A DNA stretch of 64,000 nt from contig NC_042998.1 of assembly GCF_006345805.1 (NCBI RefSeq), positions 73,160,001 to 73,224,000 on the forward strand, in the 5' to 3' direction. This stretch comes from Octopus sinensis (Eukaryota). This document shows positions 12,936 to 26,170 of the stretch, piece after piece. Below the pieces are notes generated by a model. The model made no database searches, was not told where the DNA came from, and saw nothing but the letters and a program-made list of their open reading frames with translations. The stretch's first letter is position 1. Each line of letters begins with the position of its first letter. The translations under genes were made by a program, and so were the position numbers.

Positions 12936-14994
12936 ACTGTCTGTAATTGTAGCTCACCTTATGCTGAAGAGAAACGATCTGAAATATCATCCATATGAAA
13001 ATTAAATTCCATCTCTGTGTTATTTGAAAAAGCTGTCAGTAACCCTAGATTTTCTCAGCTGTCATATATTCCTAATACATGCCTTTAGACGAGTGAAAAA
13101 GAAATTGTTAACTCCAACGATTTCTGTTGATATTGTAACACCAAACTCAAAACACATGAACTTTTGTTTGATAAACTGTGACAGAATTTAGTGCAAAAAA
13201 CAGGGGATGTCTGTCTCGAAAACTGCCCATCAGATATTGATAAAATCGGGGAAAAATACATCTACACTTAGTGGACCAGCACTTTGTGAGCGTTTCAGAT
13301 TAGTATTTAATCGTATGGCGTACAGACACTTTAACATTTATGAGTGAAAACTAAATCGACTTTTTTTTCCATAATTAAAGTAACCATCCCAAGGTTTCTC
13401 ACTTCAAATTGCATTTTGATAAAAGTTGATTAAATGCACCTAACTTTCTATTTCGCCTGTTAAACATACACTATCTTGTTGAACATGTAATTTGTCTTGG
13501 TAGATTTCTTAGAGAAGACTTGCGAGAAGATAGTACGAAATTTCAGACAAGAAAAAAAAATCTGCCAAGCCAGTGTTTCATTCTTAGCTACAAGATTTTC
13601 TTAGCTACTGAGGTAAAAAAGAAAGAACAGAAAAAGGTTACTGTGCCATGTCTGACCTCCCATAGTTCTTTTACATGTACATATTAGCGATTTACTGAAG
13701 AACGTTGGCATCTAGTGCCAGGAGCCAAATATTTTATTTCTTCCTGGTGCATTGCCATTACACAAATTTCACATAGTTTTCGGAAATGTTTCAAAGTTGA
13801 TTGTAAGTCTGTTCAACTGTAGTTGCTGGTAGAGTATTTGTTTTTTTTATTGCATTTAACCGTGATACATCCTGATTAAACACTTGTTTTCATTCCATGT
13901 ACGTATTCTTCTATATATCAACGAATGTATATATGCATTAAGGTTGTATGTATGTATTTAGTGGTACGCATGCATTTTTATGCTAAGTAATTCGTGGGCA
14001 CTAGTATTAAGTTTTAACCTAGTACGATATGAGATTTAATCGGGTAATCACCGAATAAATTGGCGAACCCTCTGAACCAGCTTGTTGGGAACAATAACTT
14101 TCGAAGACTTAGAGGCATACAAACGCAAAGCATGATAAATATGAATGAACTTAAGTGAGCCAACTGCGTATCTGTAATATGCATATGTTCAGACACAATT
14201 ATATATATATTTACATGTGTATATAGATGCACATGTAAGAAGAATTCTCTTACTGGAACCTTGGGTGAGTGGGAGGTTATTCGTTATTTATTTATTCCGT
14301 CTTACCAGCTGAAATATTTTAACTGTTTAGATAACGGCTCTCGTAGCACAGAAGCATTTGTTTATTTGATGCGTTATCACTCTAGTGCCTCACTTTTGCA
14401 GCCCAAATTAAGAAACCAGAAACGGAGGCGGAGTTATCGTTTTCGTAATAGTATATCGTTTTCTTCTGTGACAATGAACTGCCACTAGTTTTATATCATA
14501 CTCACCCATAGCAACATCCTACATATACGCTGTGTAGTGTGTGCGGGAGCAATAATGATGCTACACCCCCATTGAAAACTTTACGTTGTGTAGGGCGAGA
14601 GTATTCGTCTTTCCAAAATGGTATACGTCATCGTCAAAGTGAAAGTCTATCAGTAGCAGATACCATACATATGAAAATAGAAGAGGAAGGAAGAGCATAT
14701 GATTGCTGTACTGAATAACGAATCGACAGCCACCACATGCTTCAATGTTTTCAATAACTGGCGATATGTATGGGCGAGTGTATGTATAGATGGATCGATC
14801 AATGAATATATGTGTCAGGTCATCCCATACGTTCTGTCCGAATTTTGAATAAAGAAAACAAGCGACCAACTGTTATATTTAATTGAAACTTAATCATCAA
14901 TGTACTTTCCCTGATTATCTATGACTTCCTTCCATCTATTTAAATCTGAAATTATACATTCAAATTCTTTATCAATTGTCATAATGGGAATATC

Positions 14995-15880
14995 TAATAA
15001 CAAGTAGACATACGCTTTGCATTTTTCAATGCAAGGACTCTACTAGGCATATTACTTATGAGATCATGAATGTTCTTTTGCGGAATTGTTTGCCAAGTTT
15101 CACGCAGTAATCTCAAAAGATCTGGCTTTGAAGGTGCTTTCTTCTTTTTATGAAGTGTCCTGTCCTTTATGTTCCAGAGGTGTTCAATAGGAATCCTGTC
15201 TCGTGACTGGCTTGGTCATGGGCACTTTTTAATATCATTCTCATCCTACAAATCTTGGGTCATTTTAGCCGTTGACAAGGAGCCCCATCTTCCATAAATA
15301 AGGAGTCTTCTTTAATCATTTCGCAACTGGAAAAGATTGGAAGGAGTCCTTTCTGCAATATGGGCACGTTTATCTGACTTTATGTTTCCTTCAATCTCAA
15401 TCAGCTTTGATCAGCCATTGCTCCAAATTGCTTCCCAGACCATCACGGAATAACTACCGTGCTTCAATACTTGCTGCAATCTTTTCGTCTCAAATTCTTG
15501 ATCACAGAGTCTCTAGACCCATACTCAAACACTGTCAAGAAATACAGCAAATCTGGATTCATCAGAGAATATGACAGTATCCCAAAATACTAATGGCCCT
15601 TCCACCATCTCAATGGCCCAGGCTCTTCTCTGCTTCATGTGTACTGGTCGAAGAGGTGGTGTGCTTCTTGCTGCTCTGCCATAGCAACCAAGTTTGTGGA
15701 AATAGCTGACAGCTGTTCTGGAACTGACATCAACTCGATCTGCTATGTCAGAAGACTTCCAACGAGGATTATCCTCCACATTTCTTTAAGCAAAGAGAAG
15801 GGTCATGCCAGAGAGTCCTGGTTGACCTGAGCGAGATGATGTAGACTTCTTACTCTCTCTGGTGAATTAACTGTAGAAAG
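14995..15880 (-). mobile_element. Tc1-family (DD34E-type) transposase fossil
   Basis: The minus strand gives RSGQP, the HTH region, WDTVIFSDESRF (D1), SVMVW, FMEDGAPC (D2), PIEHLW (E) and LISNMPSRV. It has several stops and frameshifts; TIRs were not resolved. Confidence 0.9.
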
Positions 15881-16047
15881 CGGGATCCCAAGATTTTCTG
15901 CGATTTTACACTGATTTCAGAATGACCCACAATAAAGCCTCTTTGAATGTCACACAGATCCAACGCTTCTTTTGAACTAGGCGCGATTAAACAGTCTCAT
16001 ATAGATATTATTTACATTTGACGCATATTTGTCATCTTGTTAGTTGT

Positions 16048-16221
16048 TATGTGACTCTACAGTTCCATATTTAAGAGATAAGGAATTATGTACATCATTT
16101 ACGTTTGACGGATATTTGTCCTCACCATTTTTGTTGTTAACACAAAGTTTCGGTTGATATACCCTCCAGAACTTCATCAGGTGTCTTGGGGAAAATTCGA
16201 ACCTAAGGTATTTTTCGATGC

Positions 16222-16281
<60 letters not shown>

Positions 16282-16392
16282 GATTATTATTATCATTATT
16301 ATCATTATTATTATCTTTGTTATTATTATTCAGGTCATTGCCTGGAATCGTACTCGAAATCTTGGGGTTAGTAGCCCGCTCTCTTAACCATC
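16048..16392 (-). mobile_element. tRNA-headed SINE with (AAT)n spacer and hammerhead-like tail, left copy
   Basis: The reverse complement aligns end to end with 16394-16693; the head is 5'-clipped by ~15 nt. Confidence 0.8.
16140..16184 (-). ncRNA. Minimal type I hammerhead-ribozyme-like motif (core intact, stem III mutated)
   Basis: Reverse complement: ACAC-CTGATGA-A-gttctggagggtatatcaacc-GAAA-C-ttt-GTGT. Stem I is ACAC/GTGT. Confidence 0.55.
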
Positions 16393-16393
16393 A

Positions 16394-16465
16394 CGGGCAT
16401 ATGGCGTAGTGGTTAAAAACGTGGGCTACTAACCTCAAGGTTCCGAGTCCGATTTCAAGCAGTGA

Positions 16466-16520
<55 letters not shown>

Positions 16521-16693
16521 GACATCGAAAAATACAGTAGGTTCGAAACTTCCCCAAGACACTTGAGAAGACTGGAGGGTATGTCAGGCGAAACGTTGTG
16601 TTAGCAACAAAAAAGATGGGGACAAATATCCGTCAAATGTAAATGAAGTACAAAATTCCTCATCTTTTAAATATAGAACTGTAGAATCACATA
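16394..16693 (+). mobile_element. tRNA-headed SINE with (AAT)n spacer and hammerhead-like tail, right copy
   Basis: A-box tggcgtagtgg at 16402-16412, degenerate B-box gagtccgatttc, (AAT)n at 16470-16519, and a tail matching the left copy. Confidence 0.8.
16559..16601 (+). ncRNA. Minimal type I hammerhead-ribozyme-like motif (core mutated, stem III and cleavage triplet intact)
   Basis: ACAC-ttgaga-A-gactg gagggtatgt caggc-GAAA-CGTT-GTGT. Confidence 0.5.
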
Positions 16694-16816
16694 TAGGATC
16701 TGAAGCATAAAAATGACAATCAATAAAAAGTATTAACTTTTACAAGTGAAAATAAACATAAAGCGATGTTTTGCGGGTTGTCTATTTACTTCCGTCATGT
16801 CTGTGTACATATATGC

Positions 16817-16873
<57 letters not shown>

Positions 16874-17569
16874 AGTGTGTGTGTGTGTGTATGTATGTAT
16901 GTCTATATGCATGTTTCTAACTTGTTATTTATTTTTCCTGCTCCGAGGAAAGGCAAGCCACCGAAATATTTACTCCGCCATTTGCTGACGCACAACATCC
17001 GTCTTACCCCGGATTTTGGTGTTTCTGTGTATTTACCCGTTTATACATATTTATTTGTTATTCGTTTTCTAAATTCCATTCCACACTGCAATTTCATTGC
17101 TGATGGAGGTAGAGAAGGAGGCGTATATAAAATATCAGGGTGACATGTAAAATCCTAGATTCCACGTCACTTCAATGTATTGCTTTTGAAATAAGGCCTC
17201 TTACCAAGCATAAATGTCTGTAAAAATAATAAATATGTTGTCAACTTAGGTGAATGACCGTTACGATGTATAATATGGGGCCGTCATGAAACGAGTAGTG
17301 TTGCAAGCACACGGCTCAATTAGTTACAGTGTACGTCATAAATTCAAATGTAGAAACGAAAACATCATAAGAAATGTAAAGCAAACGTGCTGATTCTTCG
17401 TAGATTTCTATTACACTTTAGCCTTTAGGGATATTTGTTTGCTTGATTGATGTGTAAATATTGCATTTTAGACATACATACACACAGGCAAAAAAAAAAT
17501 ATGTGTATACACATATATTTATGTATGCATACATGTAAATATATATATATGTGCGTGTGCGTATACATA

Positions 17570-17575
17570 TTCATA

Positions 17576-17654
<79 letters not shown>

Positions 17655-17790
17655 ATCTATCTATATATATATATATATATATATATATAACTTCTCACAC
17701 ACACATGCACGCACTCACACACAAACACACACATATATATATATACATATATATATAGAGAGAGATATAGATATAGATATAGATATATAT
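17570..17790. repeat. (TATC)n, (TA)n, (CA)n and (GATATA)n compound microsatellite
   Basis: Read directly. Confidence 0.9.
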
Positions 17791-18172
17791 ATTTAGGGAG
17801 AGAGGAGAGAATTATAATAATCCTGTCTATCACCTAGTTAACACATTATGCTGGATCCTGGCTAGAGATGTATTCCAAAATTGAAAGGAGATCCTTATGA
17901 TTTCTATTGACTTGAATGAAATTACACAACTCCAAAGTAAGATCGACCGGGCTTAAACTTACCGTCGCAAAATGAATTATATAAGTAATAATTTCAATGA
18001 AGGAAGGTGAAATCAAATTTACATTAAAATTTGTCCAGTAAACTGAATTTTTTTAATTCCGTATCTCATAAAATTTTATGCATTGTATGAGATATTAGAT
18101 AAGAATATTGTTTGCTTACGGAAACAATTTTAAGGTCAATTTTATCTTTCCTGTCTTTATTTAAATAAGTAC

Positions 18173-18223
<51 letters not shown>

Positions 18224-18289
18224 TGGTTATTTTTGTGAAACTGGCAGGACATCGGGTGCCCTGTGTTGTATAGTTCGCTGAACATTAAA

Positions 18290-19480
18290 TGAAAAAATGG
18301 GCTGAGACAACCCCGGAATTTATTCTGCTTTTTCTTTTTAATCTGTAAACCCGACCAACAAACAACAACCTGCTTCCTGCAGCATTACCTTCTTCGTCCC
18401 TGCTACCCATAGATTCTACGTTGAAAAGATGCACACTTTGCACTTCGATCCTCTGCTTTCTCTGAATATTGAATATTCACAAATTCGACCATTCTTGGCC
18501 ACCCCACTGCTTCCGCCAATAACTTCCCCTCTAAACTTCTCACAGTCTTCCCTTCAACATCGACGAAATTAAGTGGGTTTTCTACATCAAACCGCTTCCA
18601 ACATGGTCATTGTCAATTGACTTTTACCATCGGTCCTACGTCACTTGAACGGCTTCTTTAATATTCTGTGCCCAAGCACCTTCACCTTTCTTCCGTGTAG
18701 CTGAAGTCATTAGCATCTTTAATTACTTGTCTTTTGTATATAAGAACTGTCGCCATGTCATTTCGTGAGTGTTGGCAAAGAATGGGACGCAACCCCAGCC
18801 ATCTATCCACTGATCAAAATCTAGTGCTAGACAATCGATTCACTGATGATTGAACCGACTCCACATCTCTGACTCTACCACTTTTCTTTCTCTCCCTATC
18901 TCTCCGTTTTTCTTGCCTCTCACTTTCTGTCTCTCCGTTTCATGAAAACCTAAATTCCTTCATTTCCTTCGTTTAACACCCGACATTTTTATCTATCATT
19001 CCTCACATAAACTACCCACTTCTCTCCTTTAAGCACGCCAGCAAAATTTGCCGCACCATGAAGCTGATTTCCTCTGAAACATTCTTCACTTTGCAACACC
19101 AGAACTGTCATGGGATGCAACCGACGTATCTGCCACATTCGGAACCCGTTCCTTTTCCCGCAATCGCAACTGTATATGTTGCTCTATTCCTTTGACGTTT
19201 CGCTTATCTCTCGACAATTCCCTTCAACTGACCATACGACCAAACAACTCTAGGTCTTTTTCTTTACTTTGAATACTGGCCTCCAGTACATCATCCAGAA
19301 GAAACAGAAAGCTGTTTTCTTTCTAAAAACTTAAAAGCTTCTTTTTTTAAAAGCCCAACTTCAGGTTACCAGGTATTAATTCCCGTAACCATCACTGCTG
19401 ACTCCCGATACAGGCTTACACACCGGTACCTCTCTGCTCTTTTGTTTTCGTTTTTTGCCAGCTACCAGAACATCACCTGC
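18290..19480 (-). mobile_element. Highly decayed retroelement, possibly a LINE ORF1 (gag-like) region
   Basis: Purine-rich, coding-like minus strand with broken frames and a possible degenerate knuckle (ECFRGNQLHGAANF). The family cannot be assigned by eye. Confidence 0.3.
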
Positions 19481-19815
19481 ACCCACACCACAATAATCCA
19501 CACTGTACACTATTGCACACACTTTTCATGTACAGAAATTCATTGCTTCACATGTCTAGCTACACACACACACACACACTAACACACATATATATGCACA
19601 CACTCTACCATCATCCTATGTACACAGACAATCTTAACTTATGCACACGCATACACACACATACACACACTTTCACACCGCTTTCCACGAGCTATTTTGG
19701 CACTGACACAAAAATGTACAAACAGTAACAGGAGTGCACGCACAAATATACATCAATTCTTCAAAATATATACACGTTCAGACATAGAAACAGCGACGAC
19801 TTCACACATAGAAAC

Positions 19816-19919
<104 letters not shown>

Positions 19920-21189
19920 CTATGTTTATAGTCTTTTGTCCATTACTTCTCTGGCATCAGTACTCCTTTCAAAAATGATTAGATGTTCCTCTCTCTCTCT
20001 CATGTAAGCTACCTTAACACTTGTAAAGTATCTTTACTACTTTTTCACTTTTTTACTCCCATCCACTGCCTCATTTCACTGTCTTAGACTTTTACATGTT
20101 CTTGAATATATGATATATTGTCGAACTACTAATCACATCTTGAAATTTTAGAACACTATAATGGTTTTTTAAATTTTATTGGACATTCAACATCTCGAAA
20201 AGTTAATATCTTCACCATTTGCATCAAAGACTCACGCATGAAAATATGCTTTTGCATACGAACATGCTTTTGTTTACGCACATGATCACAAAAAATCCAG
20301 GGCGTTCACACTAAATACGCCGTCCTACAATACTTTCTCAACGCTTTAATCATACACCTCGTACACCCACAATGCCTAACATATACACCTTCACAGCAGC
20401 TAACTACCAATAACGCTATCAGACAATACTCATAAATTTACAACATTTACACATCAAATACATCATATATACATACATATGTGTGTGTGTGCATGTGTGT
20501 GTGTATGTGAGTGTATATGTGTCTGTGTGTGTGTGCGTGCATGTACATACGCTACCAATGCACACATCGCCACTATTCCATCTTATACTTAGTTCCAGCC
20601 ACATTCACAATTTCTTTCTTCACGATCACCCTACAGAACCGTATTCTCTGCTTGCTTATTGTCCCTCGAAATTCTCACTGTATCATTCTTTCCCATAGTT
20701 TTTTTTCTCTTTTTTCGTAGTTTGTAATTCTAGCATTAATGTTATTTTTTCGACTAAACTCAATATTCCCCATCCCTCCTCCTGCCTATATTACTCTATT
20801 CTCCTTCATGAAGGATTGACTTACTTCGAAACACAGCAACACTCTCTACTCATTTGAAATTTCCAAGCGTTAAATCACTAGCACATTCGTTACTCATTGT
20901 TTTTCCAGTGTCCTTACTGCTTATAGTTATTGGGTTTATATTAGCTTTCTCTTTCTCTCCCTCTTCTCCTTTATCTCTCTTGTTCTCAGTATATGCATAT
21001 ATACATATACACAAACACACACGCACACAGAGAAAAATAATTGTCAAAACAATTGTCGATCTTTTTTGGTTTTTATAATCATTTATGTTATGTAATATGT
21101 TATGTATTATATTCATAGTTCTTAATGTAATATTGTAATATAAATAAATTATTGGATTGTCAATAGAATATCTCTATATCTGAATTATA

Positions 21190-21247
21190 GCTATATATAT
21201 ATATATATATAATATATATATATATATATACATATATATACATATAT

Positions 21248-21320
<73 letters not shown>
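21190..21320. repeat. (TA)n microsatellite
   Basis: Read directly. Confidence 0.95.
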
Positions 21321-21324
<4 letters not shown>

Positions 21325-22059
21325 CATGCATATATAAAATGATTCGTGTGCGAATATGTTCCGTATAAAAATATGTCATCCATTATTTTTGTGATTTCTA
21401 TTCACGATAACAATGGGTATAGCTTCACTTCAGTGTTAAAGGCCAAGCTATTGATTCTATACATCGTTATGAGCGAGGGAATTATATTGGTCGTTGACAA
21501 TGCAATTCGCGTGTCCTTGAAAGCAACGAAGCGTCTCATTTCTTAAATTCATTTCCTGAAACAGGTTACATTCGATCATTTTCTTTTTTCATTTATGTGA
21601 TGCATTTCTTATATATTAATGAGCATGCTCAATCTGTTAATTTTAAATACACACAAAGTTGTTTTATTTGCCTTCCTTCGCTTATTGAGCTGTAGAATTT
21701 TTACTCTATCATATAGAGCTCATTACATAATTCAGTATGAGACATATTTTGTCGCATAGCTAAGGTAAAAAACATATAGAAAGAATACGCCGAACACTAC
21801 TGATTTAGAGTTGATATGAATATAACCCTCAATGCTGATACCTGAAGATATACATTCGTACATACACAACAGCAAAATCAGCTTTCCATCGGAGTGCTCA
21901 TAGTGATCACATTATCCTGATGAGAAAAATGAGGATTATATACATAATATAATATTCCTCTCCAAATATCGAACCATATCCAGACAAAGGTTATAACAAT
22001 AATTGTTATATATATATACAGGGGGAGTGAGAGAGATGCATACATACATACATAGAGCT

Positions 22060-22560
22060 TGTTGGTCATCACAGGAACGCAATGAGATTGAGGTTTGAAT
22101 TCGCAAGCTGTTCACTGTTACAGGAAACTTCTATATCAGCAGAAATTTAGACAGGCTATACTTCTTATGCAAGGATGGTGCCCGTGGCCCCAAATCTGTA
22201 TTGAATGAAACAAAGACTGCATCAGAAGATGGAGACCAGTAACTCTTGTCTATATTTGTGACCATGAAATAAGAAAAATGATTATAATAGTTAATGAACT
22301 TGAAGCGAGATATAAAATAAGAGTTGTTATAGATCTCTCGCCAATGAACAATGGTAAAATATATTTATGAGAACCAAATATAAAATGAATCAGTTCTCTG
22401 AGAAGGTTACCTTTATGCAAATCGAGCATGAGAGATATATATCAAGTACCTACAGCATATAAGACAAAAAGCAAGACCAAAACTGAAGACATCAACCACA
22501 TTATTACCAACTGTGAGAGAATGTCTTCTAGATATTACCTTTCCTTGGAAAATAACTAGC
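22060..22560 (+). mobile_element. R2/R4-type (RLE) non-LTR retrotransposon fragments
   Basis: IRKLFTVTGNFYISRNLDRLYFLCKDGARGPKS (DRLY..R..GGRGL motif) and TEDINHIITNCERMSSRYYL (second half of the CCHC knuckle). Confidence 0.65.
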
Positions 22561-22929
22561 ATGCAAATAGTTACTGCATCTCCTGCACAAATCAATATGC
22601 TAATGAATTACAATAATCTTGTTATAATACTGATTGTCGTTATGCTACTTAGCCCGTTGGTAACGCTTTTATGTGATTAGAGAAAAATATTGAGAACACA
22701 GAGGGAGAGATGAAAAGAGGATAAGGCGAAGAGTAAGGCAGAAAGAGAGAAAATGGAAAAGAAGGAAAGAGAAAAGACGGAGCGAGAAGCATCCATGGCA
22801 TGAAGGTAATGTTTATTATGTGGCGAAAATGCTAGTTGAAGGTAAGGATATAGAGGAGAGTTTTAGCAGAGGAGTGATGTTGAGATGGTGAGATTGAAAA
22901 AAAAGCAGAGAGACATAAAGAGAGAGAGA

Positions 22930-24030
22930 GAGGTATATATTGTTTTTCACTGAGTTGGTATTCAAAGCCTGGTCTTGGTCATCCTCCATGAGCCACCTCC
23001 TTGATGCCTCCTGGTCTTTCAATTTGTTGGTTTCACGGTGGAACTCAACATGTAATTCCATACGGAGTAGGGTTTCTTCTATCTTATTGGCTGTTCTTTA
23101 TCGAAATACATGAGCACACTCAAGTCCAGTTTTGTTAATTTCTGCTGCACCCTCAGTGTACTGTAGCAGTCCTTATTTGCTTCCTCCAAATAGTTTTCCA
23201 TACTTCTTCTTTCAATGTTGATCCACTCTCGTACGCTAATCAACGCACGTCCACCTTTACCCCTCTTCATGTATAGCCTATGTACATTTTCCTTCGAGTG
23301 TAGGGCACCATGCACTGTCATTGTCTTTCAAGTAGTGTGATCGAGTTTCTTAATCTTAATCTCTGCTTGTATCCATTTCAGGATGGGTGAACTATAGTGG
23401 ACTATAGACACAGCCCATATTTTACGTGCAGTCACAACGTTCATTTGATTTCAAGAGAATATTGAGGCGCTTCAATTAATCGGTGATGACCTTGGCTTTT
23501 ATTTCTTTGTGCAAAATATTGTCCAGCAACTACAATTTACTCTTTTCCCCCGTTTCAAAGTAAGCACTGCACATTTCGAGACACCGAATTCCATCCCTAT
23601 ATCCTAGCTGCAAATCTTCACAGTCTCAACCAACCTTTCCATTTCAGGCTCTGTTTTTGCAAAACAGTTTAAAATCATTAATGAAGAGAAGGTGGTTGAA
23701 ACGAGGTCCATCATTTCTGTGCTCTTAGTGCACGCTGATATTTCGTGGGACTACAGAAAGTGGGATCAAGTGTATAAAAAATAACAAGGTGAACAAGAGT
23801 CTCCTTGGAAGATACCTCTTTCGATTGTTATCTCACCTAAAAGCTGGATGTTACAGGAAAGGTGTGTTTCCCAAATAGGCATGCTGTTCTTAATCAGTGT
23901 GCACACGTTCACAACTGTTCCACACATATCGGTTGTTTCGAAAACCGACAAATGCAACACATCGAAAGATTTTTGAAGTCTATTCAAGCCATGCATAAGA
24001 TTTTTGATACCGTTCTTCATTATAACCAGT
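22930..24030 (-). mobile_element. R2/R4-type (RLE) non-LTR retrotransposon RT fragment, internally deleted
   Basis: ERGIFQGDSCSP, a degenerate FNHLLF.DD motif, DIGMEFGVSKC, HRLYMKRGKGGRAL and DQALNTN, spread over several frames. Confidence 0.9.
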
Positions 24031-24034
24031 TTTT

Positions 24035-24315
24035 ATCATATGGTACGTTCAGATTTTTGCAAATTCCCCAGTGAATATATTGTGCAGCTCTATCATGCCT
24101 GTTGAGATACTCTGTAGGCGCAAGAAACTGCACATGGCGACAACATGATCAATGGTCTCATTTTGTTGTTGACATACACAAATTCCACATTTTGCCAATT
24201 TCTATTTCAAGATCTTTATACTTGCTCAGTTTTTGGTAGGTCTTGAAAGATACAGTTATGTCTATTGGGACAGTCATATCAATAAGGAGGCATAATTCTT
24301 GTCTGAAGTCTTTCT
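24035..24315 (-). mobile_element. RLE-clade CCHC knuckle and restriction-like endonuclease fragments, out of native order
   Basis: On the minus strand, LLIDMTVPID...KLSKYKDLEIEIGKMW (REL) precedes VCQQQNETIDHVVAMCSFLAPTEYLNRHD (CCHC). Confidence 0.85.
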
Positions 24316-24334
24316 ATATAATGTCTGGCCTACT

Positions 24335-24482
24335 CATCATCATCATCATCATCATCATCGTCATCGTTGTCGTCGTCATCGTCATCATCGTCATCGTCAT
24401 CGTCATCATCATCATCATCGTCATCGTCATCGTCATCATCATCATCATCGGCATCATCATCACTATTATTATTATTATTATT
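24335..24482. repeat. (CAT/CGT)n then (TAT)n repeat
   Basis: Read directly. Confidence 0.9.
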
Positions 24483-24845
24483 ACTTTAAGAGGTTTCATA
24501 TGAGTAAATGTATATTGACAATAAAAAAGACGAAAATTTATTTAGATCTTCATTATGGGCAAAAGACAGTATTCAGATTTATCAAAGTAGGCTACTGGTT
24601 TCATTGGATTAATAATGTAATTTAATCAACCTAAAATAATGAAAAAAAAAACAGAAAATATATCGAAAGAAATTAAATTAACCTTTCATGGTATCATTTT
24701 TGGAAGTGTTCGTGTTTCTTTTACTTACACATATAAACACGCGCCTCCTCCTCCTCCTCCTCTCTCTCTCTCTTTCTCTCTCTCTCACTCTGTTTCTCTT
24801 TCACACACGCATGTATATTATATAGAACTATATAGTTATACATGG

Positions 24846-24895
<50 letters not shown>

Positions 24896-25001
24896 TTGTA
24901 AATATGTAAGTACATTTACTTTATATATAAACATATATGTATGTATGCATGTACACATATATAAGTATGTAAGTTTGCCTATATGTGAGCATATATACAT
25001 A

Positions 25002-25037
<36 letters not shown>

Positions 25038-25062
25038 GTCGACTCCTGCATTAACCATTGTA

Positions 25063-25200
<138 letters not shown>

Positions 25201-25964
25201 TAGACAGACAGATTAAATAGTATTATATTCCAAGGTTGTAAGAATTAATATATTTTTGAATTAATTTTATGCAACGTCAACTGAAATATATTAGATATAA
25301 GATTGAGTAGCCTAACATGATCTTGATTAAATATTACGAAGATTAGACAAATATTTATACAAAAAAATGACACTATCACTATAAAATTGGCAGAACATAC
25401 TTTTCTAAATTTCATTTATTTGAGATAGATTCATAATTTGTATATTACTATATAAGCCCTATTAAAAAAAATTTATTGAAGACATTTTATGGTATTACGC
25501 AATAATCAAGAAACTACAGTGACTTTTACAAATATACTTATTCAGAACGGGAATAACAGAACCATCTTTTCCTATCTGATAAGTTAATTTTTACATCCGT
25601 ATTGGAATGGGGGTGCACCGAAATTTTGCTAGCACCGAGAAAATGCTAGAGTTATTATTATATGCCAAAGATGATGTAGAAGTAATAAAGTAATGATATC
25701 AGGCCTCAGAAAGACAGATATAGAAACACAGAGGAAAAGAGGGAAGGCGAACGAGTAAGAGTTGTGCAAGAGAAATTAATTATGTTGTCAACTTGAATAG
25801 ATGAATGGAGTTACAGTAAGCTAATCCTTAGGGAGTTTAGTTAGCACAATATGAATACGTAATTATCGAGATCAAATTGTAGTGAAACAGACATTAAAGC
25901 AAATAATACATGTTCTCCAAAAACCCATTTGTATATCTCACGCTAATTCAGATTATTATCAAAA

Positions 25965-26170
25965 CTGGTGGATTCGTTAGCACACAGGACAAAATGCTTA
26001 GCGGCATTTTCCCGACATTATATTCTGAGTTGAAATTCACCACGTTCGACTTTGCAGTTCATTATTTCAGGAGTCGATAAAACAAGTACCAGTCAAACAC
26101 TGGGGGGGGGACCGACTTAACCCCTGAACCCCAAATGTCAGGCCTTGTTCCTGTAGTAGAAAGAATTATT
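25965..26170 (+). mobile_element. SINE family A, decayed
   Basis: cgttagcac...aaatgcttagcggcatt...ttcgactttgc...gagtcgataaaacaagtacc...ggccttgt. Confidence 0.7.

Noticed and set aside
16394-16470. tRNA-like sequences here and at 6060-6137, 33620-33697 and 38000-38070
   Set aside because: These are SINE heads: degenerate cloverleaf, directly fused to repeat bodies, not tRNA genes.
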